The notes under the pieces: generated by a model
Told to the model about the DNA's origin: nothing
Databases searched by the model: none
Seen by the model: the letters and a program-made list of their open reading frames with translations, nothing else
In this document: one piece after another, positions 1 to 9,545 of the stretch
How the letters are laid out: every line of letters starts with the position of its first letter
Position numbering within the stretch: the first letter of the stretch is position 1
Program-made: the position numbers and the translations under genes
Assembly (NCBI GenBank): GCA_041749335.1
Contig: JBGTBM010000010.1
Location: 4,533-68,532 of the forward strand
Direction of reading: 5' to 3'
From: Patescibacteria group bacterium
Lineage (GTDB): Bacteria > Patescibacteriota > JABMPQ01
Length of the DNA: 64,000 bases

Positions 1-270
1 AGAATTAGGCAGCAGAATTATATTATCAAAATGCGCGGCAATCGGCTGATAATCCTTGATTGCTGACGATAAAATATCGCTTACTTTGGCTATATTTTCT
101 TTGCTTTGTAAACCAAGAAAGATTAAAGTGGCATGTAAATTGGCGCTTGTGGTAAAATTTAAGCAAGTGCTAATGCTTTTTAACTTTGATTGAAGTATTT
201 GAGCTTTTTTTATGGCAGTTTGCGGCAGGGCAATTTCAATAAAAATTCTTTCTTGGTGATCTTTTATCAT
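1..270 (-). CDS. thpR: RNA 2',3'-cyclic phosphodiesterase / 2H phosphoesterase (ThpR/LigT-like), N-terminal part; C-terminus lies beyond window start
   Basis: Minus-strand translation MIKDHQERIFIEIALPQ...NLHATLIFLGLQ contains the first H-x-T-x motif of 2H phosphoesterases. ATG at 268-270. Confidence 0.5.
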   Translation of the reverse strand, partial: MIKDHQERIFIEIALPQTAIKKAQILQSKLKSISTCLNFTTSANLHATLIFLGLQSKENIAKVSDILSSAIKDYQPIAAHFDNIILLPNS

Positions 271-351
271 ATTTTAATTATATATAAATAATTATATCTT
301 ACCAAGGAATAAAAATCGACATTTTAAGTATTTTGAGCTAAAATTAATCAA

Positions 352-2385
352 ATGCATAAAACTATGTCAAAAGAGTATAAAATAGTAAATATCGCTCCGC
401 TAACCAAAATCCCGCTTGATTGCAATCAGGTATTTTCTTATAAAATAGATCAAAGCATTTCAACCTACTCTGGACAGATAGCCCTTATCCCCTTTTCCGG
501 AAGAAAAATACAAGGAGTGATTCTTAATGATCAATATTTAAAATCTAAACCTGCACAGATTAATTCCAAAAAATTAAAAGAAATCATAAAAATTGAAGGT
601 AAGGACTTGGATATAACTACCCGGCAGCTTGAATTGGCTTTCTGGATGACTGAACAAAATATTAGTCCATTGGGACTGTGTTTAAAACAAATGGCGGTTA
701 AAAAAGTAAAGATCAGCCAAAATAATGTTTTAAAAATCAAGGCCATAAAGAAATTTTCCAAAGCACCTGTTTTAAATGATGAGCAGAAAAAAGCGGCCAA
801 AAAAATAGATAGTGCGATCGAAAATATCGGCAAGAAAAGAAATAAATCAGAGCGGATATTTTTATTGCATGGTATCACCGGATCGGGAAAGACTGAGGTT
901 TATATGCATGCGATTCGGCGCGTTATGGCCTTAGGTAAACAAACCATTATGCTGGTGCCGGAGATAACCCTGACGCCTCAAGCGATCAATCGTTTTACGC
1001 AAAGATTCGGATCGAATTGCGTAGCGGTGCTGCATAGCCGGTTAAGCTCAGGAGAGAAATATCAGTATTGGCAAAATATCAGAAAGAACCAAGCAAAAAT
1101 TATTATTGGTCCGCGCTCGGCCATATTTGCGCCGGCGGAAAATCTCGGGCTAATAATTTTAGACGAAGAGCATGATCAAAGCTATAAACAGTATGATCAA
1201 AATCCCCGCTATCACTCTCGTGATGTGGCCTTAAAACTGTCAGAAATAGCTAAAATTCCTGTTATTTTGGGAAGCGCCACTCCCAGCATTGAAAGCTATT
1301 ATTATGCCTGTAAAAAACAATATACCTTATTGGTTTTGAGAAACAGATTTAAATACGGCTTGAATCTACCGCCGGTGAAAATAATAGACATGCGGGAGGA
1401 GTTTAAAAAACGAAATTTTAGCCTTTTTAGTGAAGATTTGGTTAAAGAATTAAATAAAACCTTTAATAACAATAAACAAGCGTTAATCTTCGTAAATAGA
1501 AGAGGTGTATCTACTTTTGTGATGTGCCGTGACTGCGGCTATGTTATTGAATGCCCCAATTGCAGTGTCTCCCTCACCTATCACACGGGTTATAATCGGC
1601 ACATTATGATCTGCCATCATTGCGGATATCAAGAAAATGTCAAAGCGGCCTGCCCCAAATGCGACAGCAAGTATATAAAATATTTTGGCACTGGCACCCA
1701 GCGCGTGGAGCAGGAATTAATCAAGATTTTACCGCGGTCAAAAATATTAAGGATGGACAGCGATACAATGAACAAAAAAGGTGATCACTATAAAGCGTTC
1801 CAAGACTTTTCTCAAAAAAGATATGATATTCTCATCGGGACCCAGATGATTACCAAAGGAATAGACTTGTCAAATATAGAATTAGTCGGTATAATAGCAA
1901 CTGACGCATTATTTAACTTTCCTGACTTTAGAACCAATGAAAGAGCATTCCAGGCGATTACTCAAGTATCAGGCCGTACTTCTCGATCCCAAAATACTGG
2001 CAGTGTAATATTGCAAACTTATAATCCGGAAAATTTTGTAATAAAATATGCCGCTAATCATGATTATGAAAAATTTTATCAGTCAGAGATAAACTTAAGA
2101 AAAGAACTAAGGTATCCCCCTTTTAAAAAATTAATCAAAATAATCATTGAAGGTTCGGATTACAATAAATTAGGACAAGTTTCTTCAAAGATTGCCGAAA
2201 ATATTCGGAAAAATATCAAAAATATTGAAATGATCGGACCCTCTCCTGCTTTTATTGTGAAAAAGCGCAATAAATACATTTGGAACATAATTGTGAAATA
2301 CCAAGATAAGCAAACGACTAAGGACTTAATAAAATTTATACCCCAAGATTGTAAAATAGACATCAATCCGGAAGATTTACTTTAG
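352..2385 (+). CDS. priA: primosomal protein N' (replication restart helicase PriA)
   Basis: Walker A GITGSGKTEVY, DEEH box ILDEEHD, Cys4-Cys4 zinc cluster CRDCGYVIECPNCSVSLTYH...CHHCGYQ...CPKCDS, C-terminal helicase motifs. Confidence 0.9.
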   Translation: MHKTMSKEYKIVNIAPLTKIPLDCNQVFSYKIDQSISTYSGQIALIPFSGRKIQGVILNDQYLKSKPAQINSKKLKEIIKIEGKDLDITTRQLELAFWMTEQNISPLGLCLKQMAVKKVKISQNNVLKIKAIKKFSKAPVLNDEQKKAAKKIDSAIENIGKKRNKSERIFLLHGITGSGKTEVYMHAIRRVMALGKQTIMLVPEITLTPQAINRFTQRFGSNCVAVLHSRLSSGEKYQYWQNIRKNQAKIIIGPRSAIFAPAENLGLIILDEEHDQSYKQYDQNPRYHSRDVALKLSEIAKIPVILGSATPSIESYYYACKKQYTLLVLRNRFKYGLNLPPVKIIDMREEFKKRNFSLFSEDLVKELNKTFNNNKQALIFVNRRGVSTFVMCRDCGYVIECPNCSVSLTYHTGYNRHIMICHHCGYQENVKAACPKCDSKYIKYFGTGTQRVEQELIKILPRSKILRMDSDTMNKKGDHYKAFQDFSQKRYDILIGTQMITKGIDLSNIELVGIIATDALFNFPDFRTNERAFQAITQVSGRTSRSQNTGSVILQTYNPENFVIKYAANHDYEKFYQSEINLRKELRYPPFKKLIKIIIEGSDYNKLGQVSSKIAENIRKNIKNIEMIGPSPAFIVKKRNKYIWNIIVKYQDKQTTKDLIKFIPQDCKIDINPEDLL

Positions 2386-2396
2386 ATATTAAAGAG

Positions 2397-2837
2397 ATGA
2401 AAATAATTACTGAAGAAAATCCAATTTTACGCAAAAAATCTCAAGCAGTTGAAGATGTTTTTGATAAAAAAATAAAAAAATTAATTGATGAAATGCTTTT
2501 GGCTATGAAAAAAAATAAGGGTATTGGACTGGCAGCTCCCCAGCTGGGAATTTTAAAAAGAATTATTGCGATTGAAATGAAAGACGGTCCCTTGGTTCTG
2601 ATTAATCCCAGTATAAGCGAATATTCTCAAGAAATGGAAAAGGCGGAAGAGGGCTGTCTTTCACTCCCCGGAAAATATAAGCAGGTGGAAAGATCTAAAT
2701 CAGTTAAATATTCAGGAATATTGCCTAGCGGAGAAAAGGTTGAAGATGAGGCCAAGGGATTGTTCGCGCGAGTTATCCAGCACGAAATAGATCATTTGGA
2801 CGGAATCTTATTTATTGATCGAGTTAAAAATAAATGA
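2397..2837 (+). CDS. def: peptide deformylase
   Basis: Motifs GIGLAAPQLG, EGCLSLPG, HEIDHLDG. Confidence 0.9.
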   Translation: MKIITEENPILRKKSQAVEDVFDKKIKKLIDEMLLAMKKNKGIGLAAPQLGILKRIIAIEMKDGPLVLINPSISEYSQEMEKAEEGCLSLPGKYKQVERSKSVKYSGILPSGEKVEDEAKGLFARVIQHEIDHLDGILFIDRVKNK

Positions 2838-3796
2838 AAATAAAGAGAAGGTATAGATTATTATTTATGGGAACTCCGGAATTTGCGGTTCCGGCGTTAT
2901 TAAAGATCATCCAATCGGAAAACTTTGAAATTGTGGGAGTAGTGACGCAAATTGATAAAAAATCCGGTCGTGGATATCGGGAGATGCACTCCCCGATTAA
3001 GGAAATTGCGCTAAAATATAAAATCAAGTTCTATCAGCCCGCTAATTTAAAGGATAATAGCTTTATTGATGCGATTAAAAAAATTAATTTAGATATTATA
3101 TTGGTAGTTGCCTATGGTAAGATTATTCCAACGAGTATTCTGGAATTGCCTAAGTATGGCTGCATTAATATCCATCCCTCTCTGCTTCCCAAATATCGCG
3201 GACCGGCGCCTATGCAGGGAGCGTTACTGAATGGAGATGAAATGACCGGTACCACTATTATACTGATGAACGACAAGATGGATGAAGGAGATATTTTATT
3301 TCAGCAAAAAGTAAAAATTAAAGAAAACTGCAACATTGCCGATTTACATGATATTTTAGCTATTATCTCCGCAGATAAAATTGAACAGGTCTTATTGGAT
3401 TGGATTAGTAAAAAAATTAAGCCCCGCAAACAAAATCTGCAAGAAGCTACTTACACCAAGATCATAAAAAGAAGCGATGGATTGATCAACTGGGATAATC
3501 ATTCTTCCGATATTATCAATAAATATCGGGCTTATCATCCATGGCCGGGAGCCTATACATATCTACGGCAGAAAAATAAGAAAATAATGCTGAAGCTGAT
3601 ATCCATTGAAACCGGAGAAAGCTCTCAAGGACATAAAGCGGGAGAAATCTATGAAGCAGATGGAAAATTGTTGGTTGCTACAAATGATAAAAATAGTATA
3701 ATTTTAAGAAGAGTTCAGCTGGAGGGGAAAAAACCGATCTCGGGGAAAGAATTTATTTCCGGCTATAATAAATATTTAGGCAACAGATTAAAATAA
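2834..3796 (+). CDS. fmt: methionyl-tRNA formyltransferase
   Basis: LLFMGTPEFAVP N-terminus, HPSLLPKYRGPAP active-site motif. 4-bp overlap with def (classic def-fmt operon). Confidence 0.9.
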   Translation: MKIKRRYRLLFMGTPEFAVPALLKIIQSENFEIVGVVTQIDKKSGRGYREMHSPIKEIALKYKIKFYQPANLKDNSFIDAIKKINLDIILVVAYGKIIPTSILELPKYGCINIHPSLLPKYRGPAPMQGALLNGDEMTGTTIILMNDKMDEGDILFQQKVKIKENCNIADLHDILAIISADKIEQVLLDWISKKIKPRKQNLQEATYTKIIKRSDGLINWDNHSSDIINKYRAYHPWPGAYTYLRQKNKKIMLKLISIETGESSQGHKAGEIYEADGKLLVATNDKNSIILRRVQLEGKKPISGKEFISGYNKYLGNRLK

Positions 3797-3801
3797 AAAC
3801 T

Positions 3802-4617
3802 ATGGATCAAAATCGGTCAGCCAAAGATTCAATGGCGTTAATATTTCTTTCAGTAATAGCATTATTGGGAGTAGGTTTTTTTACGATCAGATTATGGTTT
3901 CCTGATTTACTCAACTCCAAGGAAGAAAAAATTAATACAATTGTTGATGAAGAGATAGATGATGATGAAGATATTCCCAAAATATCCGTGGATGAACTGA
4001 AAACAAAATTTGATAATAACGAAAGTTTTATTTTAATAGACGTACAAAACACTGAAGATTATATTCAGGCTACTATCCCCACCGCTATCTCTGTACCTTT
4101 GACGGAAATTGATCAGAGATACGAAGAATTGCCTAAAAACAAACAAATAATCGCGACAGACGCGGGCGGCAGTTGCCAGGAATGCTCTCGGGCGGTTGAA
4201 ATTTTGCGGGATTATGGTTTTGCGGATATCAAAAAATTAAACGGCGGAGTTATTGCTTGGTCCAACGCTGGTTATCCGGTAATAAATGGAAGCGAAATAA
4301 CTTTTAAAAATATTAATAGCGATATTCTACTGGATTTTGTAGATGCCGGCGAGGAGGTCGTAATAATTGATGTTCGCGACAAAGAAAAATATGATGCCGG
4401 CCATATTGTTGGCGCTATCTACATGCCGTTCGAAGGATTGGCGCAAAATATTGATACTATGCCAAAAAATAAGAAAATTATTATTTATGACGAATCGGGC
4501 AATAGAAGCAAAATAGCCATTAAACAGTTTATTTATAAAGGTTATATGGAGGTTGCTAATTTGTTAAGGGGCTATAATGATTGGCAAGCCAATAATTATC
4601 CCACAGAAAAGAACTAA
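3802..4617 (+). CDS. membrane-anchored tandem rhodanese-homology-domain protein (catalytic Cys apparently absent)
   Basis: N-terminal TM helix. Two rhodanese-like domains (…LIDVQNTEDY…, …IIDVRDKEKYDAGHIVGA…). Active-site loop reads YDESGNRS rather than CxxGxR. Confidence 0.55.
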   Translation: MDQNRSAKDSMALIFLSVIALLGVGFFTIRLWFPDLLNSKEEKINTIVDEEIDDDEDIPKISVDELKTKFDNNESFILIDVQNTEDYIQATIPTAISVPLTEIDQRYEELPKNKQIIATDAGGSCQECSRAVEILRDYGFADIKKLNGGVIAWSNAGYPVINGSEITFKNINSDILLDFVDAGEEVVIIDVRDKEKYDAGHIVGAIYMPFEGLAQNIDTMPKNKKIIIYDESGNRSKIAIKQFIYKGYMEVANLLRGYNDWQANNYPTEKN

Positions 4618-4683
4618 ATAAATATCTATTCAAAATTAAAAATGCGCCCGAGAGAGCGCATTTTATATTAATTAAATTATTAT

Positions 4684-5949
<1,266 letters not shown>

Positions 5950-5958
5950 TTATTTATT

Positions 5959-6924
5959 TTATATTTTTAAATCTGTATTGAAATTTTGCCGATATCTTTT
6001 TTTAAACTGATTAATGGAAAATTTATGAGTTTGGGTGCCATATTTTTCAACCGTATAAATGCTGCAAAGCCCCGCCGCTCTTCCCATGCTATCTATATCC
6101 CAACCATTAAGCATGCCGGTAATCACTCCGGCTCGATAGGCATCACCGGCTCCGGTGGGGTCTAGATTGGATTTGGGCCGGGCCGGAGGGATAATAAACT
6201 TTTTGCCTTGATAATAAATCAGCGAACCGCTAGAGCCTAAAGTTATAATTAAATACTCAATCATTTTTCTTGCCTTGTCAACTTCTATTTTAGTTTTTTC
6301 TGTGAATAATTGCATTTCATAATCATTAAAAATGGCCGCTTTGGCATGAGAAAACATACTGACTAACTCATTTTTATTAAAAGCAATAATCATTTGTCCG
6401 GGATCAAAAATATAATCAATATTATTTTTTGCCAATTCTAAATGGTGGTTGACCATTCCCTTTTTGCAATTAGGCGCCAAGATGGCTAATTTAGGCTTTG
6501 TAGTTTTGATGATAGCTGCGATTGATTTGTCATTGCCCATCATGGCTCCTCCGTAAAAAGAAGTAATTTGGTTATCATCCAGATCAGTAATAATGTGAGC
6601 CGAAGCGGTGTAATTATTTTTTAAAATCTTAATATATTTATTTGATATTTGATTGGCTTTAAGCCATTGAGCATATTCGGTAAAATCATCGCCTGTTGTA
6701 GCGACAATAACCGGATTATTGCCTAATAATTTTAAATTATAAGCGATATTTCCAGCTGTTCCTCCAAATTCTTTGCTTAATTTTTGAGCAGTGAAGCTGA
6801 CATTAATAATATGAACTTTGTCAGGCATGATATGTTCCTTAAAGCGTCCATCGAAATTCATAATATAATCATAGGCCAATGATCCTATTACCAATATGTT
6901 TTTATTGTTAGCGCCTATTGACAT
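5959..6924 (-). CDS. PfkB-family carbohydrate/nucleoside kinase (ribokinase-like)
   Basis: C-terminal DPTGAGDAYRAG anion-hole motif, N-terminal GG dipeptide region. Confidence 0.75.
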   Translation of the reverse strand: MSIGANNKNILVIGSLAYDYIMNFDGRFKEHIMPDKVHIINVSFTAQKLSKEFGGTAGNIAYNLKLLGNNPVIVATTGDDFTEYAQWLKANQISNKYIKILKNNYTASAHIITDLDDNQITSFYGGAMMGNDKSIAAIIKTTKPKLAILAPNCKKGMVNHHLELAKNNIDYIFDPGQMIIAFNKNELVSMFSHAKAAIFNDYEMQLFTEKTKIEVDKARKMIEYLIITLGSSGSLIYYQGKKFIIPPARPKSNLDPTGAGDAYRAGVITGMLNGWDIDSMGRAAGLCSIYTVEKYGTQTHKFSINQFKKRYRQNFNTDLKI

Positions 6925-6960
6925 AATTAAAACTAAGTATTAAAATAATTTAAATTTGGC

Positions 6961-7266
6961 ATGGGAGGAATGTGTCAAGTGAAAAAGACCATAATCGAAT
7001 TTGTTCCTTATCATGAAAAAAACAAGATGCCTGTATTTAATATTAATTATTCTGATCTTTTTTCCCGCGCTTTCCCGGAAATAACAAGAATTTCCAGCTT
7101 GCTTAGCGACGGGGAGGTTGTTCGGATGCAGGCTGATGAAAAATCAATCAAGCAAATTGCTTCCTTAGTAGCAATTGGAACCACCGGTCTGGTCGTTTTG
7201 GGCGGTGCGGTTAAAATTGCCGTGCAATGTATGAATGATCAGCCTCTGTGCGTAAAACAAATCTAA
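6961..7266 (+). CDS. hypothetical small protein
   Basis: ORF only; followed by terminator hairpin. Confidence 0.25.
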   Translation: MGGMCQVKKTIIEFVPYHEKNKMPVFNINYSDLFSRAFPEITRISSLLSDGEVVRMQADEKSIKQIASLVAIGTTGLVVLGGAVKIAVQCMNDQPLCVKQI

Positions 7267-7291
7267 AAACCATAAACCATGGTTTTTTTAT
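7266..7291. terminator. bidirectional rho-independent terminator
   Basis: Palindrome aaaccatggttt flanked by A-run and T-run between convergent genes. Confidence 0.6.
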
Positions 7292-8238
7292 TATAACGTA
7301 GTTATTGGCCTTGCCTGAACAATATAAAACTCCCCTTTTTTATATGCCCATTCAACATCTTGAGGAGAGGCATAGTGTTTTTCAATATTTTTAACAATTT
7401 TTGCAAGTTTTATAATTTCTTCTTCGCTAAGTTTTTGCTTATTTTTTATTTCCTCCGGTACATCAATTTCTTTAACTCCTCCGCTATCATCCAGCTTAAC
7501 AATCATCTTATCTTGCTCGGAAATATTAATATCAATAATATTATTATCCTTTTTACTTACTACATACGAGTCGGGCGTAATTTTCCCCAAAACAATAGCT
7601 TCTCCTAGTCCCCATCCGGCCTCTATAATCATTTGGTTATAGTCTTTAGTGATGGGATGTACAGAAAAAGCCACTCCGGAAATTTCAGATTCCACCATTT
7701 TTTGCACCACTACCGCCACACTGACATTGCTTTTATATAAATCTCTTTCAAAACGATAAAAAATGGCGCGGGGAGTAAATAAAGAAGCCCAGCATTTTTT
7801 TATATTTTCCAATAATGTTTCCTTGGTAGTATATAAATAACTTTCCAACTCCCCTGCCCAACTGTCTATTTTGCTATCCTCGGCGGTAGCAGATGAGCGG
7901 ACAGCTATATATTTGGCATCCAATTTTATAAAATTAGCATAAATTTCTTTTTTTAGTTCTCCATCAATTTCACAATTTTTAATAAGCGATTGAATAATTT
8001 GCGCAGTCGAATCAACCGATTCGACATCTTTGGGATTTACCTTGCTTAATGCGGAATTAATTTCGATATTGATATCAGAATCAGCTAAAAACTTTTCAAA
8101 CGCGGCAGCAAGAATAACAAAACCGGGAGGAATGGGAAAATTATTATTGGCCATTTCTCCCAGCGAAGCTCCCTTTCCGCCGGCGATATCGATAGAATCT
8201 TTGGATAATTCCTTGAAGGGCAATATATTTATCGGCAT
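7291..8238 (-). CDS. stand-alone PEP/pyruvate-binding (PPDK_N-type ATP-grasp) domain protein, PEP synthase/pyruvate phosphate dikinase N-terminal homolog
   Basis: N-terminal DIAGGKGASLGEM motif typical of PPDK_N. Only 315 aa, so no phosphohistidine or PEP-utilising domains. Confidence 0.65.
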   Translation of the reverse strand: MPINILPFKELSKDSIDIAGGKGASLGEMANNNFPIPPGFVILAAAFEKFLADSDINIEINSALSKVNPKDVESVDSTAQIIQSLIKNCEIDGELKKEIYANFIKLDAKYIAVRSSATAEDSKIDSWAGELESYLYTTKETLLENIKKCWASLFTPRAIFYRFERDLYKSNVSVAVVVQKMVESEISGVAFSVHPITKDYNQMIIEAGWGLGEAIVLGKITPDSYVVSKKDNNIIDINISEQDKMIVKLDDSGGVKEIDVPEEIKNKQKLSEEEIIKLAKIVKNIEKHYASPQDVEWAYKKGEFYIVQARPITTL

Positions 8239-8289
8239 AGTTCTTATTAATTTTATTAAATTGTGTTAATATTATAGAATAAAAATATT

Positions 8290-9006
8290 ATGATATCCAT
8301 TATTTTACCAACATTTAATGAAAAAGAAAATATCACAAAGCTAATAGAAGAGATAGCGACAGTTTTAGCAGATAATAGTTTATCGGCTAATATAATTGTA
8401 GTAGATGATAATTCTCCTGACGGCACTGCCGGTGAAGTGGAAAAAATCAAAAATATAGTTAATTATAGAATATTTCTTATCAGAAGAAAAAATAAATTAG
8501 GGCTGGGGTCTGCCTATATCGCCGGTTTTAAAAAGGCGTTGGATCTGGGAGCTGATTATATATTTGAAATGGATGCGGACTTATCCCATAATCCCGAGGA
8601 TCTGCCTCGTTTTATTAAAGCTTCATGTGATCACGATTTGGTTTTAGGTTCCAGATATATTAAGGGGGGCGGTATTGATAATTGGAGTTTGATGCGTAAA
8701 TCTATTAGCCGAGGCGGTACAATTTATGCCAAAAATATATTAAATTTGCCGTTTCATGATTTAACCTCCGGCTATAAATGTTTTAAACGAAGCGTTTTGG
8801 AAAATATCAATATTGATGAAATCGCCTCAGATGGTTATTCTTTTCAAATTGAAATGACATATCGAGCGTTTAAAAAAGGTTTTCAAATAAAAGAAATTCC
8901 GATCATGTTTAGAGATCGGAATAAGGGTAAATCCAAGTTTTCCAAAAAAATATTATGGGAGGCGGTGTGGCTAGTGTGGAAATTGCGATTTTCTAAATTT
9001 ACTTAA
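8290..9006 (+). CDS. GT2 glycosyltransferase (dolichyl/polyprenyl-phosphate mannosyltransferase-like)
   Basis: IILPTFNE, VVDDNSPDGT, EMDADLSHNPEDL motifs. Confidence 0.85.
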   Translation: MISIILPTFNEKENITKLIEEIATVLADNSLSANIIVVDDNSPDGTAGEVEKIKNIVNYRIFLIRRKNKLGLGSAYIAGFKKALDLGADYIFEMDADLSHNPEDLPRFIKASCDHDLVLGSRYIKGGGIDNWSLMRKSISRGGTIYAKNILNLPFHDLTSGYKCFKRSVLENINIDEIASDGYSFQIEMTYRAFKKGFQIKEIPIMFRDRNKGKSKFSKKILWEAVWLVWKLRFSKFT

Positions 9007-9536
9007 TTATTATAAATTTTTAATAAATTTTCACATCTTTTGCAATAAGATAAATTTTTATAATCAGTATCCGCCAAAGTATTTGAAAAAAACATTACGC
9101 AATTTCTATCCGGGCAATGAGACAAATTGTAATTATGACCAATTTCATGCAAAACCTCTTTCAATGTTCGATCAAAAAAAACATCCTGGTTAAATTTTTG
9201 TCCATAATATTCCGGGTTTAATCTTTTTGTAGAAATAATTGATAAATTTCCCGGGGCCTCCGCTTGTCCAAAAATATATTTATAATCTCGGCTAAAAATA
9301 TCTTTATCAATCAGTGTGATTATTTTACTGGCGTGATCAAAAGATAATACCCTTATTTCTTTTAATAAAATTTCAGCATCATATTGATTTCTCAGGCGAT
9401 TAAAGGAATAGCTGGGAATTTCAATATTATCTAATATTCTATATGGTATATTAAATAATTCCATAATATTTTTACCGATAAAAACCGGTAAATTATTATT
9501 AATCTTGCCAATCGGCAAAATATAATTGAACATCAT
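9003..9536 (-). CDS. amzA: archaemetzincin-like zinc metallopeptidase
   Basis: HEIGHNYNLSHCPDRNCVM...CKRC = HExxHxxGxxxCxxxxCxM...CxxC signature. Confidence 0.75.
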   Translation of the reverse strand: MMFNYILPIGKINNNLPVFIGKNIMELFNIPYRILDNIEIPSYSFNRLRNQYDAEILLKEIRVLSFDHASKIITLIDKDIFSRDYKYIFGQAEAPGNLSIISTKRLNPEYYGQKFNQDVFFDRTLKEVLHEIGHNYNLSHCPDRNCVMFFSNTLADTDYKNLSYCKRCENLLKIYNN

Positions 9537-9545
9537 AATGTATAT

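Noticed and set aside
531-878. 115-aa - strand ORF inside priA
   Set aside because: It is antisense to priA helicase motifs and is spurious. The same reasoning applies to 2160-2366, 2824-3027, 3807-4052, 5735-6010, 7360-7608, 8030-8269, 16227-16643, 17198-17407, 18091-18285, 18469-18714, 18958-19185, 19826-20074, 27198-27515, 29543-29830, 31624-31965, 32812-33015, 33092-33361, 38137-38346, 38481-38693, 41256-41462, 41478-41699, 43409-43789, 45570-45878, 46476-46676, 48411-48623, 51942-52166, 51961-52197, 52220-52528, 55058-55255, 55258-55443, 55361-55579, 56777-56992, 57142-57384, 59279-59569, 59359-59703, 59974-60207, 60141-60500, 60647-60892 and 61111-61407.
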